Shown here: positions 1 to 11,264 of the stretch, in pieces
Numbering within the stretch: the first letter of the stretch is position 1
Layout: each line of letters opens with the position of its first letter
NCBI GenBank assembly: GCA_002269645.1
Contig: NIVC01004793.1
Span: forward strand, 1-34,976
Length of the DNA: 34,976 nt
Direction of reading: 5' to 3'
Source of the DNA: Macrostomum lignano
Taxonomy: Eukaryota
Translations under genes and position numbers: made by a program
Notes under the pieces: model-generated
Databases searched by the model: none
The model's input: only the letters and a program-made list of their open reading frames with translations
What the model was told of the DNA's origin: nothing

Positions 1-2
1 CG

Positions 3-700
3 TACAACCGCGTCTGGATCAGAGCCTTGTGCATCAAAATGAGGGACCTGGGGGTTCCCCACGTTTCGTGCTCTGGATCCACCGCTTCCTGAGCGACCGC
101 CGCGCGAGGTCAAATGGCCAACAGAACTAGCGCGAACGGGTTTTCGAGGACGGCCTCCCGCAGGGCAGTGTCCTGGCCCGCCTCCTCTGGCTCATCTTCG
201 CTAACGACCTCCCGGCTGCCATCAGGGCGTTAGCCCAGAATGCGGCATCAATCTGTATGCAGACGACAGCAGCCTCCTCGCCAACCAACGCCGCCTAACC
301 GAGTGCGCTCGCAGCATCCAACCAGCCCTCGATGCCACAGCGGCCTGGTGCGCCCTCTGGAAAGTCCTCCTCAGTTACGACAAATGCGAGTATTCGACCT
401 TCACCCTTTGCCCGTCCGAAACGAACGGCAAGGTCCGCCTCCGGCTCGACATCAACGGCCACGATATCGCCTAAAACCAATACCCCGCCTGCGTCACCCT
501 TGACGGCCAGCTCAACTTCGCCAAGCAGGGCTCGGAGGTCCGCCGGAGGATGGCTCGACGCCGTAGCGCCCTCAACGCCCTTGCCATCGCAGCACGGGCG
601 CCGACGCCAGAGTCCTGCGCACTGCCTACATTGCCACCATCCGGGCCTGTGCCGACTACGGCAGTGCTATTTGGGTTAACGGGGCTGCGCCGAGCACCCG
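3..700 (+). pseudogene. Reverse transcriptase C-terminal half of the Ingi/I-like LINE
   Basis: YNRVWIRAL...GLPQGSVL...LIFANDLP...INLYADDSSLL...LWKVLLSYDKCEY; broken by indels and a stop. Confidence 0.8.
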
Positions 701-1179
701 TCGCGGTATTGAGAGTCAGCAGGCAATCTGTGTGCGGCTGATCACTGGTTGCTGCAGCACGACGCGAATCTCCCCCCGATAGCTTCTGTCGCCGTGGAAC
801 GCGCCGCCAACCTCTTCGAGCGCATCGCCAGGCTCCCCTGAATGCCCGGCTCACGGCATTGCTATGCGCACGACCCGTGCCCGCCTCAAAAACCGGAGTT
901 TCGAAGAGGCCCCTGCGCCGACGACACCCGCCTCGAGCTCGACCGAGCAAGGCCCTTCCGAGGCTGCTGGCGCCGCGCCGCTTCGGAGCTCCCGGTCTGC
1001 GCCTCCACGCTAAGAGAATCTGACCGCGAGACCCCGCTCGCCTCGCTCCCTGGCTCGACTTCTGCCAGGCCCGCGTCAGCTTCGACATCCAGGCCTGCAG
1101 TGCCCGCAGGGACGCCCCGCCGAGGTCCGGGCAGCCGCCGCCTAGGCCGGCATCGCGCGAGCCCGCGAGTGCTCCGTCA

Positions 1180-1982
1180 TCGCCTGGACGGACGGCTCCA
1201 CTGAGGAGGGTACCAGCAACGGGGGCAGCGCCGCCGTCATCGAGTTCAGGGACGGTCGCCCCGCGTCACCGTCCGCGCCGCGGCCGGTGCCCTGTGCAGC
1301 AGCTTCCAGGCCGAACTCGTCGCGATCCAGACCGCCCTGTCCTACTGCCTCCGCGAGGGCCCGGCCCTGACCCCCAGCATGGCGGTTCTCACTGACAGCC
1401 TCAGCGCTCTGACCGCCCTGGAGCAGGGGCCCGCCCGCCAGTCCACCGCTACTGGTGCGACCTGCTGGCAGCTCATCGGCGGCTCCTCCGGCCGCACAGA
1501 TTTCCGTTTCTGCTGGGTCCCCGGACACGCCGGCATCGACGGCAACACCGCTGTGGACCTTGCGGCCGCCGAAGCCGCCACTCTCGCGCAAGCGCACGGG
1601 CCTATCAGTATCACCTCGGCCCGCGCCGCCATCCGCCACGATCGCCGCGTCCTCGATGCCCGCATTCTCGGCCCTCCTATTCACCATACCCATTCCTTCC
1701 GCAATTGCCGGGAGTTTGTCACTTTCAACCAACTCCGGGCCGGCGTCAGCACCCTGTGCGGTTCCACCAGACACCGCCTCGGTATGCAAGACGACGAGGC
1801 CTGCCCGGACTGTGGCGCCCCGGACACGGTGGACCACGTCCTCCGCCGCTGCCCCCGCGAAGATGCGCCGCGGCTCTGCATCTTCAGCGGGGACGACCCC
1901 TGGACGGCCCGCCGGAAGGTTATTCGCGTTGCTCCGCGGGATGGGGCGATGGCCCCCGCCTATATTAGCGCCGCAGCGCTAA
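1180..1982 (+). pseudogene. RNase H and C-terminal zinc-binding region of the LINE ORF
   Basis: ORF 1379-2056 contains TDSLSAL, FCWVPGHAGIDGNTAVD and CPDCG..HVLRRC; the upstream WTDGS and QAELVAI motifs are in other frames. Confidence 0.8.
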
Positions 1983-2010
1983 TGGCGCGCTGGGAAAAAG
2001 AAAGAAATAA

Positions 2011-2890
2011 AGTACCTCCTGCACCGGCTGTGGGCAGTACGACTCGGCGCGGATGAGATGGCCTGCGAGCTGGAGTCGCCGACGGCGCAGTAGATCACTT
2101 GGACGTGGCAGGCCAGCGCGGCGATAGAGTGCCGCGTTGTTGACTCGCTCGACGCCGATGTTGAAGGCGGCGCGCAGCAGGCCAGCGTGCGCCGCATCGA
2201 CTTGCTGTTCGAGTGAGTCCGTCAACGTCCAGGTCTCGGCGTCGTAGAGCAGGACGGTCTCGATTACCGCCTGGAACAGCGCCGCCCTCTGGCGGTCCAA
2301 TAGGGCCTCGGACTGCAGGACAGAACGAAAGGCAGCCCAGGCAAGCCCGCGGCGGCGTCGCAGGTCCTTGCGAGCGTCTGGAACCAGACCGCCGAGGTAG
2401 ACGAACTGCTGACATCGCGGGAGCTCGGTCGTCTGCCCGTCAGCGCCTCGGCAGAATATTACAGCCTCGATGTCGTCCGGCACGCAGAGCACAACGGTCT
2501 TCTGCGTGTTGACCACCAGGCCGACGCTCGCCGCAACGGCAACTAGCCTGTCCAGCTGCCGTTGGGGGCCCTCGACGGTCGAGGACAGCAGGGCGAGGTC
2601 GTCGGCGTAGCCAAGCACGCTGAGCCGCTTCTCGGGTTGATGTCGACCCATGCGTCGCCGCAGCAGAAAGCCGTCGTCCTCGGTAGGAAGAGCAGTCCGC
2701 AGCACCCAGTCAAGCACCAGGACGAAAAGGAACGGCGCCAGCGTATCTTCCTGAAGCACTCCGGAGGATGTCTCAAAGGAGTCCGATGGGCCGTCCTGTG
2801 TTGTCACAGCAGCTGTCGTATCACGGTACATCGCCATGATGGCGGAGATCAGCTGCTCAGGCACGTTGTACGCGCGGAGCACCATTGGAT
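2011..2890 (-). mobile_element. RTE-like non-LTR retrotransposon fragment (RT domain), truncated at both ends
   Basis: ORF 1965-2906(-): GVLQEDTLAPFLF, LGYADDLALL, GLVVNTQKT, FVYLG, LLYDAETWTL, RRLQLAGH. Homology stops at QEVL (~2011), abutting the tail of the plus-strand LINE. Confidence 0.85.
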
Positions 2891-2914
2891 CCATACGCTG
2901 TTCCAACAGCTTAC

Positions 2915-2978
2915 GAGCTCAAATTTACGCTCGTAGCGAGAGGCGCTGGCTGTCGTCTGGGCAGTTAAATTTTGCACG
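2915..2978 (+). pseudogene. pol: Tiny Gypsy RNase H relic
   Basis: cgagaggcgctggctgtcgtctgggcagttaaattt translates to REALAVVWAVKF. Confidence 0.55.
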
Positions 2979-3534
2979 AGAAAGACAATAAACCATTGCA
3001 CTGTATTTTCCGGAAAGTCAGGAAAATGAAAGCAAAGGCGAACATTCGCATTTTATCTTTGATAATACGAACTTACGAAATTATAATTTTTAATTTCGTA
3101 TAATATAATTTCGTAATTGTAGTGACTCAGACAAAATCGGAGGGTTTGCGAGTGCACGAAGAATCTTAGAAATGGGCCGACTTGCCCTGCAAGTATATGT
3201 GAAGAGTAAGTGCGCGTGAGTCTTACGTAATACATTGCAACACGTGACTAATACTATTTGCGCGCCAATATTGTACATCGCACTGAACTACACTACATCT
3301 CTCCTCAAATACGGCATAAAAGCAAAATTTTAAAGTTGGGTTTAAAAAATCTGTTTTTGTTAAATTTCATTCTGTTACAATTTTAGCAAAAGTCCAGCAA
3401 AAAATACAAAAAATCAGATGCTCAGATATTCCATTTTTTAGTCTATGGCCAAGCCATTCCTGCAGCCAAGACTGGGCATGCTCTGGCCGTGGCTAGCCTG
3501 GCCTTGCTTGCGATCCTATGCAGTCTTGTTTTGA

Positions 3535-6125
3535 ATGTCTAAAGTCTTATCTAGAGCGTCAAAAGCGATAAGACCAATGAAGGGTGAAGCATTTTCGATC
3601 AAGCTTCCTAAAGACGCTCAACCTTTCTCCATTAAGACACCAAGGAGGATACCGTTCCCATTGTACGAGCGACTTAAAGCTGAGCTGGACTCGTTGGAAG
3701 CCCAGGAAATAATCTGCAAAGTCACTGCTTCTACGCAGAGGTGTGCACCGATAGTGGTGGCGCCAAAGAAAGACAATGGGATACGGATGTGCGTCGACTT
3801 TCGGGAATTAAACAAATATGTTATTCGACCAAGGTATCAGTCTAAGACGCCATTGGAAGTCGTTGCAAGCACAGATGCTAGTCGCGCCAAGTATTTCTCT
3901 GTAGTTGACGCCTTGAAGGGATACCACCAAATACCGCTGGCTAAAGAAAGTATGCACCTGACAACGTTCATCACGCCGTTTGGTCGTTATATGTTTAGGA
4001 TGGCACCATTCGGTATAAGCTCTATTTCTTAATATTACAACCAGAGACTTGACGAAACTTTTCAAGGACTCAAAGAAGTTTGGCATGTCGTTGATGACTG
4101 TCTGGTCGCAACTTCTGACGAGGAATCACGCGTACAAGCGGTTCGTCAGTTTCTGCAGCGCTGTCAAGACAATGGGGTAGCATTAAATAAAAAGTTTGCA
4201 TTTTGCAAGACTCAAATTGATTTTGCCGGATTTCGATTGTCAGCTGATGGCTACAGCATTGATCCGGAGCTTATGAAAGCGGTCAGAAAATTTCCCACTC
4301 CAAACAATATTACCGACCTACGCGCGTTCTTTGGCCTAGTCAACCAAGTCGGCACGTTTACGTCAGACATAGCAGAAGTCACAGCCTCGTTAAGGCCGCT
4401 GCTGTCCGAGAAGAATTTATTTCAATGGGGAGACGAACATCAAACGGCATTTGAAGAAGCCCGTCGCCGCCTGGCAATTGCTCCTACACTGGCCTATTAT
4501 GACCAACGCAAGCCAACAGCCCTGCACACGGATGCATCTCGACTTAAGGGAATCGGATTCTTGCTCAAACATCAGCAGACCGATGGAAGCTGGCGTGTGG
4601 TTCAAGCTGGCTCGAGATTCATTTCAGAGACCGAGTCACGCTATGCCATGATCGAGTTGGAACTGTTAGCTGTAATCTGGGCGACTCAGAAGTGCAGACT
4701 CTTCCTTGAGGGCCTTCATGAGTTTGAAATTGTAACCGACCACAAGCGGCTGATACCAATCCTGAACAGTTACCAGCTGGATCAAATAGAAAATCCCAGG
4801 ATTCAGCGTCTTTGAGCGAAACTGAACCGCTACGTATACAAGGCGCGATGGGTAAAAGGCAAGGACAATGCCGACGCAGACGCTCTGTCGCGAGCACCAG
4901 TGGACAATCCGACTGCACAGGATGAACTGGGCGAGTCTGCAGATTTTCAACTTACCAATCAGCTCTTAATGCACCTCGAATCAGCAGAGCTGGATCCTAT
5001 TCTGCAAAGCGTGCGACAAAGCACAGCTTCTGATCAGGAGTTGCAAGACCTGATGCAATATATTCGGGATGGCTTTCCCAATGACAAGGCAAACTTACCT
5101 CTTTGCATTCGGTCATTTTGGCATGTAAGAGACAAGCTCTCAGTCGACGACGGCATCATTCTATGCGGATGTCGTTGCGTCATACCACATGCAATGAGGA
5201 AGCAGATTTTGACGGACTTACACGCAAGTCACCAAGGTCTGTACAAGACAAAGCAGAGAGCAGGGATGGTCGTCTACTGGCCTGGCATCGATCGGGACAT
5301 TGAAAATACAGTCAAGAAGTGTCAGTCCTGTCGGGAACATCTACCATCGCAGATCAGGGAGCCGATGACAACCCAGGACCAACCGGATCGATGTTTTCAA
5401 CACATACATGCAGATTTTTGCGAGCATGCCGGCAAGAAGTTCCTTGTGCTCGTGGATGCATACTCAGGCTGGCCAGCGTTCTCTCATTTCGGTGATCGAG
5501 CACCCACATACAAGCTGATAAACGCTTGCCGCGAATTCTTTTGCCAAACAGCTGTACCGGAGAAATTTTGTGCAGACTGTGGGCCACAATTTAAAGCACA
5601 GCCGTTCGTTAATTTTCTACGTCGCTGGGGTGTGAACATCAAATACTCATCTCCGTATTACCATCAAAGCAATGGAAGAGCAGAAGCTGCCGTGAAAAGT
5701 ATAAAGAAGATCATTCGAGGAGCATGGGACAGTCGCTTGAATGACTTGGAGAAAGACAAGATGGCTCAGGGTTTGCTGCAGCTGCGAAGCACGCCCATGT
5801 ACGATGGCAGAATTCCATCTGTAATGGTCTATGGACACACAGTCAGAGACACGCTGCCCGCGCATAGGAAGGTTTTGCAAAGGAATGGAAGGACAAGGTC
5901 TGGAAAATGGAGGAAAAAGCTGCCGAAATTCACGCTAAAGTTCATCAACACTACAATGCCTCGAAGCGACAACTGGAACCTCTCCGAGTCGGCAGTCACG
6001 TTGTTCTTCAATACCCTGTCACAAAGCTTTGGAAAAAGAAGGGCGTCGTAGTAGAAGTTGGTCGGCACCAGGACTACATGGTCAAGTTAGTAAGCGGCCG
6101 AATTTTCCGTCGCAATCGCGTGTAA
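3535..6125 (+). pseudogene. pol: Gypsy pol (RT, RNase H, integrase)
   Basis: ORFs 3535, 4237 and 4900 share one frame, separated by TAA 4030-4032 and TGA 4813-4815. Motifs: VDALKGYHQI, HVVDD, TDASRLKG, ELELLA, TDHK, HASHQG..CQSC, HADF, SNGRAE. One frameshift near 5875. Confidence 0.9.
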
Positions 6126-6346
6126 ATCCGCCGATGTCTACCACAAGAACAGCTCTCTACTACTGGTGCATCTCAGAAGCAAGGTGAAGCACAAGACGCC
6201 CCGGACAAGCCAAAGACCGCACAGCCAAGGCGAAGTCAACGGTCGAACAAGAGAGTCCCGGCACCCAAGTTGCATTACAGGAAGTTGGGTGAACCAGTTA
6301 ACGCTTAAAAGGGGAGATGAGGAAGAAGGAACTATAAAACTGTTTT

Positions 6347-6361
6347 GCTTAAAAGGGGAGA
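6347..6361 (+). promoter_or_regulatory. Polypurine tract (second of two copies)
   Basis: GCTTAAAAGGGGAGA immediately before the LTR TG; identical 17-mer GCTTAAAAGGGGAGATG also at 6303-6319. Confidence 0.75.
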
Positions 6362-6506
6362 TGTTGTGTTCGTATGCGAATTATTCGTCTATGTGCGAAA
6401 CCATCTGCCCCCGTTTATATATGTCGACCCCAAACAAGCGACCAAATATATTAACTCATTTTCGGCCTAGCACCGATTACTGTGGCTTAATGCCAAGAAC
6501 ATAACA
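6362..6506 (+). repeat. LTR (145 bp)
   Basis: TGTTGTG...CATAACA (6/7 terminal inverted repeat), preceded by a PPT and followed by a PBS-like GGGTGACAGCGG. Confidence 0.7.
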
Positions 6507-6579
6507 GACGGGTGACAGCGGAGCCACAGACAACAACGACACCACGGGAAAGGCTGCAAGCGCTCCTGCCGCTCAGACC

Positions 6580-7415
6580 GCAGAGGCAAGCATCAGCCGC
6601 ATCGCAGTGCTCCCAGCGCCATTCTACCAAAAAGTGGTTTGTGCAACTGGGGCCAACTTTCTAAAGCATAGATAACAGATATTTAGCCACGGGAAGCAGC
6701 TAAAAGACGCGTGGGTTTTATAAACACACTGGTAGCAAACTAAGATGAAAAATCAATGGTCTATGGTCAGAAATGCCAGTCGTGAGACCCAAAATCGGTT
6801 TTAGCTGGTATAAAGCTATCAGATGGCTAGTTAGAGTATATATATTTACCAACTAACCGCTATCCAAGTCTGACATGGATTTTTTACACATACATGGGCT
6901 GCTAAAATCAGAACAAACCGATCGTAGCGTGTTTTTTTGGAAAGGAGGAACTTTCTTGTCAACGCGGATTTCAAAAAACGCTTTCGGGTAAATCCCGCTA
7001 CTGCTGAGGCGCTGCTGCAGCGAATTGAAGAACAACTGGCACCGGCAAGCAGGCGAAACTGTGAATTAGCTCGTATCCCCAAGAGAACAGCTTTCAATGA
7101 CACTTCGATATTACGCCACCAATGGCTTCTACCATCTGTTGAGAGATGCCCACATGGACCATCTAAAAAGCTGCTGCGTGTCAAGTCGTTCGAAAAGTCA
7201 CGAGGGTTGTGAATGAACGGAGCAGCTGACATAGATTAGTGTTTATAAAATTGGCCCCTGGAGTCACAGTTAGTTTTGGCCGGCATCATCTCTGCGAACA
7301 CTAAGTTCCACTACGCGCAATCCGCCTTGCGTTGGATGTCGTTTGCGACATAACCGACGTGGGTGACAACTACGATGCGTTAAAAACGGCGGTGACGGAT
7401 ATGCTGCGTTGGAAC
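6580..7415 (+). pseudogene. gag: Gypsy gag N-terminal relic interrupted by a Harbinger insertion
   Basis: Removing 6650-7257 and one CTG restores WFVQLESQLVLAGIISANTKFHYAQSAL, preceded by ISRIAVLPAPFYQ and followed by DVVCDITDVGDNYDALK. Confidence 0.8.
6650..7257 (+). mobile_element. PIF/Harbinger internal-deletion derivative (608 bp)
   Basis: TIRs GGGCCAACTTTCTAAA / GGGCCAATTTTATAAA (14/16), TSD CTG at 6647-6649 and 7258-7260. Internal DFKKRFRVNPATAEALLQRIEEQL resembles the Harbinger transposase N-terminus. Confidence 0.85.
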
Positions 7416-7514
7416 CACTATCAGCACATCGAAGAGACACCTGCTCAAATAACTTCTTACCGCTTTCCATTGTATTATGCCGTAAAATTTGCTCAGCCTT
7501 ACAATTTTATTTAT

Positions 7515-7720
7515 TAGTAGCTGACGCTACAGCAGAGCGGTACAAGTTCAACCTTGGAGTCAGGACTATCAGGAGTCAGCCATGGATTTCGAAATCCGGT
7601 TGCGAGCGATGTCAGATGCCGACAGATGTCAGTTCGCGGACTTTCTGAATTAATCCCTGAGAGACAGATTTGTCAGCGGATCTCAGCAGCAGAGACTATT
7701 AAGCGACTTCGCTGCAAATT
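7515..7720 (+). pseudogene. gag: Gypsy gag relic
   Basis: ERYKFN...QESAMDFEIRLRAM...CQF...LRDRFVSG with indels and a stop. Confidence 0.6.
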
Positions 7721-7734
7721 CGCATAGGAAGATG

Positions 7735-8015
7735 TGCCTGACACCATTGTTTCAATAATGGACCTCAGCTGGTGGGTCAAGAGCTCTCACAACGGCTTCA
7801 CCAGATAGAGTGCAGACACGGTCGACCGCCGCAATATCACCTTGAAGCGAACAGGTGTAGAGAGATTTGTGCGAACTGTAATAAACCACCTGAGAGCATC
7901 CGATTCCAATGATATACAGGCCCATGTCGATCGCTTTCTAATCTAGTATCGCAACAGAGGACATCCTTCAACAGGACTGGCTTCAGCACAGGTGATGAGA
8001 GGACGACGCGTACTG
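7735..8015 (+). pseudogene. pol: Gypsy integrase core relic, similar to the integrase at ~25300-25550
   Basis: VPDTIVS...RFVRTVINHLRASDSNDIQAHVDRFLI*YRNRGHPSTG. Confidence 0.6.
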
Positions 8016-8726
8016 AAGTCCCCAAATGTAAAACTGCAGCGCTACAGCGTATGGATCAAGAAGTCTAGCGACAAGCGAGACGTTTTCAGACGTCGATGCG
8101 AGAACTGATGATGGCATTGAGAAGATGTGTCACAAAATTGAAACCGCCAAAGTCGTCAACCTATAAAATCTCTATAAAACCTATAAAAAAAGCAACCAAA
8201 AGATCGTTTAGATTCTACGGAGGCTGTCGGATCAGAGCAGCCTGGAGATCCGCAAGACGAACCCGTGGAACACGGAGGATTTGCTGATGCAGCTCAATTG
8301 CCGAGTGGGAATTTGGACGATTATGAGCAGGGATCCTGGATCGGCCAAAGCAAATTCACCAACCTCTCTAGAGACTCAAGTACAGGACTTTGGGAAGTCC
8401 ATGTTATCCTGGGCGAGTGTTGTCTTTTTACACTGTAGTATATTTAGCTCGTATGTGTGTCTAATTTACTTTAATTGAAATTAAAAATTAATTTACTTTA
8501 AAAGCCAATACCTTTAGGAGCAGAATAAAAGTTAAATAATTAAAAATTATTACACACCTCGTCCTCTTCTGTTCAAAACACTCGAAGGCTTCCAAAAAGG
8601 CATTTTTCCGAAAGAAAGCGGATCCGTCACACAGAGTTAAGGATACGACTTTGTTGAAAATGTAATGTAAACTTTAGGTAGTTCTATTTGCCAGTGCCAA
8701 TTATAGTAACGAGAGAAATTCTCGCA

Positions 8727-10110
8727 ACAGAAACAGGACTCAGGATCAAAGCATTGCGAACTGACGGCGGCGGAGAATATAAATATCTCAGACTTCAAAT
8801 CTCAAAATTCCTAAAGCAGAAAGGCATTTGGCATTAGAGACTACTGTTATTCAGTAAGAGCCTGAAGTTGGTATCGTCGAAATCAGTGTTGTGTTGCAGT
8901 CGTTGTCCGTTCATCGCGCACTCTTTAGTTTCGTTTTTACTAGCACTAGCATTGCTGCTTTATTTTATCGTCTCCGCTCCAACCTGGTGGATCCCTTTAA
9001 GCCTAGAACTCACGCTCCATAGGAATTCTGGTTGCCTTAAGCAATACAAGCTGCAAGCCGGCCTTGACTAATCAAGGCTAGAGCGCTTCCTTATTCTGAC
9101 AAAATTTAAGTCAATTGACTACACTTCATATTTATGACAACTACGTGGCTTATGTACCACAGCAAAATGGTGTTGCCGAACGGATGAATCGCACCCTTGA
9201 TGAATCAGCTTGCACAATGATAACCCATGCCGGAGGAAGCAACTCGCCGTACCAGCGTTGGTATAAGCGCGAACCAACGTTGCGCACTTTCGAATTTTCG
9301 ACTGCGTAGCCTATGCCCACATACCGGATGTACAGCGAGAGGCTGGACAAGAAGGCCGAAAAGCTACGATTTGTTGGCTACAATACGGATGAAAGAAGCT
9401 ACAGACTGTTGGATCAAAGGTTGAGAAAGACAGTCATCCGCTACGATGTGATGTTCAACGAGACTTATTTTGGAATCTCAAAAAATAGCACAAGAGACAA
9501 CAAGGTACCAAGTTGGTTCAGCTTGGAAGTTGATGAGCCCAAGGTGACATAGGAGACACCAAGTCAATTCAAAAAGAACAGGAACAGTTGGTGTCAACAG
9601 AAGGATCAGATGCAATATTCTTTACGTGAAAGGAGAGCCCCTGACCGTCTCAAATATGAAGGTGCAAAAGTTTAACCCGAGACGGAACACTTTGCGTTCA
9701 GAACGACAGAAATTATGATTGAAAGATTACTAATAACCGAAAAAATGATCGGCGAAGCCCTGAAAGGTGACTTTGCAAAGCAATGGAAAGCTGCCGCCTA
9801 CTCAGAATACAATTCCTTGATGGAGAATGAAACCTGGAATCTGGTAAGACTACCTGAAGGACACAAGGAAATCAGATGAAAATGGATCTTTAAGGCCAAA
9901 TATCGTTTTAGGGGAGGACTTATAGCCAAGGACTAATCACAGAAGTTCGGCGTTAATTGTGAAGAGATTTTATGCAAGTTAAAAATTGAAACAATTGCTT
10001 TCGCTGAAAATTCTGCTGGAAGCCGACGGACAAGGCAACTGGCGATCTGGTTGCAGATGCGCTTAGTAACTCGTTACCCAATGGCAATTTCATGCACTGC
10101 GAATAATATT
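8727..10110 (+). mobile_element. pol: Ty1/Copia relic (integrase, RT start, RNase H end), internally deleted
   Basis: IKALRTDGGGEY; PQQNGVAERMNRTL; LDKKAEKLRFVGY; WKAAAYSEYNSLMENETWNLV..*KWIFK; DLVADAL. INT lies before RT, the Copia order. Confidence 0.85.
8845..9139. mobile_element. Solo LTR (295 bp) inserted in the Copia integrase
   Basis: TGTTAT...ATGACA termini; 5-bp TSD ACTAC at 8840-8844 and 9140-9144; Copia coding homology resumes on both sides. Confidence 0.85.
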
Positions 10111-10439
10111 TTAAGTTTTAAGAATGTGACAGAGGAGTGTTAGCTAACTGAAATCTTATTCAGAACTGTGTGAAAGCTTGAATAATTTTCTTAATCGCAT
10201 ACATGAACAGTTTTCATTTAAGGGAAGCGTTAAAAAGTAATATAAAGTTTTGGCTAGTTTTACTTGTATACCGGTAGAATACGCGTTTCTAACGTAATTT
10301 TATCTCCCATAGACACTGCTATTGCAACCGACCAAATTTCGTCCGATTGAATGCGCTTCTAAATGCGCTACTTTAGAAAGACGCTGAGTTTCTATCGGCT
10401 GACCAGTAGCTTGCAAGTCAGCGCTTACTTTTAATGGAG

Positions 10440-10883
10440 TGTTGGTTCACTATGACCCAATCAAAGAGTTGGTTGTTCATACCCATGCATCACGGAGGGG
10501 CACATTGTGAAGACTCTCAACCCAATGCTTGAAGCCTTACACTATCACAATGAAGGTCAATAGCACAGTGCCAGTGACCTTTGACATTGAAAGCGGTACT
10601 AGCCAAACCATCATCAACGAAACCACAGACAGGAAGCTGGAACTGAAGCTGTTCAACTCAAGTTCTGCAGATGCAAACCGATACCTTTCGCCATCAAGCC
10701 GTTAGTGGAGAAGGAGCTGAAGAACTTAGAGAAGCGGGGAGTTATTGATATAACAAGGGTTGCCACTTCCGAATTCGCTTCCCCAATTGCCCCGGTTGTC
10801 AAGCAAGACGCCAAGTCAATCCGAATTTGTGCTGACTACAAGAAGACTCTCAACCCAATGCTTGAAGTTGATTAGTACCCGCT
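10440..10883 (+). pseudogene. pol: Scrambled Gypsy pol relic (RH fragment, protease, RT start)
   Basis: LVHYDPIKELVVHTHAS; VTFDIESGTSQTIIN; EKELKNLE..SEFASPIAPVVKQDAKSIRICADYKKTLNPMLEVD*YP. Continues after 16471 (YPLPK once the TSD is removed). Confidence 0.7.
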
Positions 10884-10894
10884 TGTTGTATATT

Positions 10895-11109
10895 TGTAGA
10901 CTAAGGCAGAGAGATACAACTGAGAGTTGACGAAGCCTCTTGGCGTTTATTAGATCGATACGCAGGTTAAATACGATACAACGATTGTTACATAACTGGG
11001 TATAAAAGATAGAGACAGGGGTGGGTGAAAAGCACGTACATGCTGTACAATAGCAACCCCCACCCGCTCTAGCGACTGGCGCATACAAGTACACTTGCAA
11101 CTCACTACA
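10895..11109 (-). repeat. 3' LTR
   Basis: TGTAG...CTACA termini; direct repeat of 16152-16367. Confidence 0.95.
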
Positions 11110-11118
11110 ATCCTCCCC
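11110..11118 (-). promoter_or_regulatory. Polypurine tract
   Basis: GGGGAGGAT on the minus strand abutting the 3' LTR TG. Confidence 0.8.
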
Positions 11119-11264
11119 GGCGAAAAAGATCAATAACATTCGAACGAATAATTCGAAGGAAACATAAGAACAGTAAAACATTCGAACAATATTGTTATAA
11201 AGAATTTCTCGCTTTCAAATAATTCGCAACAGTCAGTCGAACAGTCACTGAGTCAATCAAAAAT

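Larger units (their letters stand above)
1..2010 (+). mobile_element. Non-LTR retrotransposon, 3' half (Ingi/I-like: RT - RNase H - C-terminal Cys/His motif), frameshifted
   Basis: GC-rich block encoding LPQGS (~158-169), LYADD (256-267), RNase H motifs WTDGS / SSFQAELVAI / TDSLSAL / WVPGHAGIDGN and CPDCGAPDTVDHVLRRCP. Ends in a hairpin (1964-1983) and an A-rich tail GAAAAAGAAAGAAATAA (to 2010). The 5' part lies outside the window. Confidence 0.85.
3535..6506 (+). mobile_element. Gypsy (Mag-like) LTR retrotransposon, 5'-truncated: RT-RH-INT, PPT and 3' LTR
   Basis: Continuous pol homology followed by AAAAGGGGAGA and a TG...CA LTR; same family as 29962-34071. Confidence 0.9.

Noticed and set aside
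1964-2010. Helitron 3' hairpin or bacterial rho-independent terminator
   Set aside because: No CTRR end and no U-tract in a bacterial context; better explained as a LINE 3' end.
240-2512. Many long alternative-frame and antisense ORFs in the GC-rich LINE region
   Set aside because: Shadow ORFs caused by high GC and few stop codons; low-complexity Arg/Pro/Ala content with no domain motifs.
8862-8885. Hammerhead-like CTGAAG...GAAA in the solo LTR
   Set aside because: The core is CTGAAGT, not CTGANGA, and there is no stem II.
10219-10240. Copia PPT and 3' LTR start (AGGGAAGCGTTAA)
   Set aside because: Too degenerate, with no second LTR copy or TSD to confirm.
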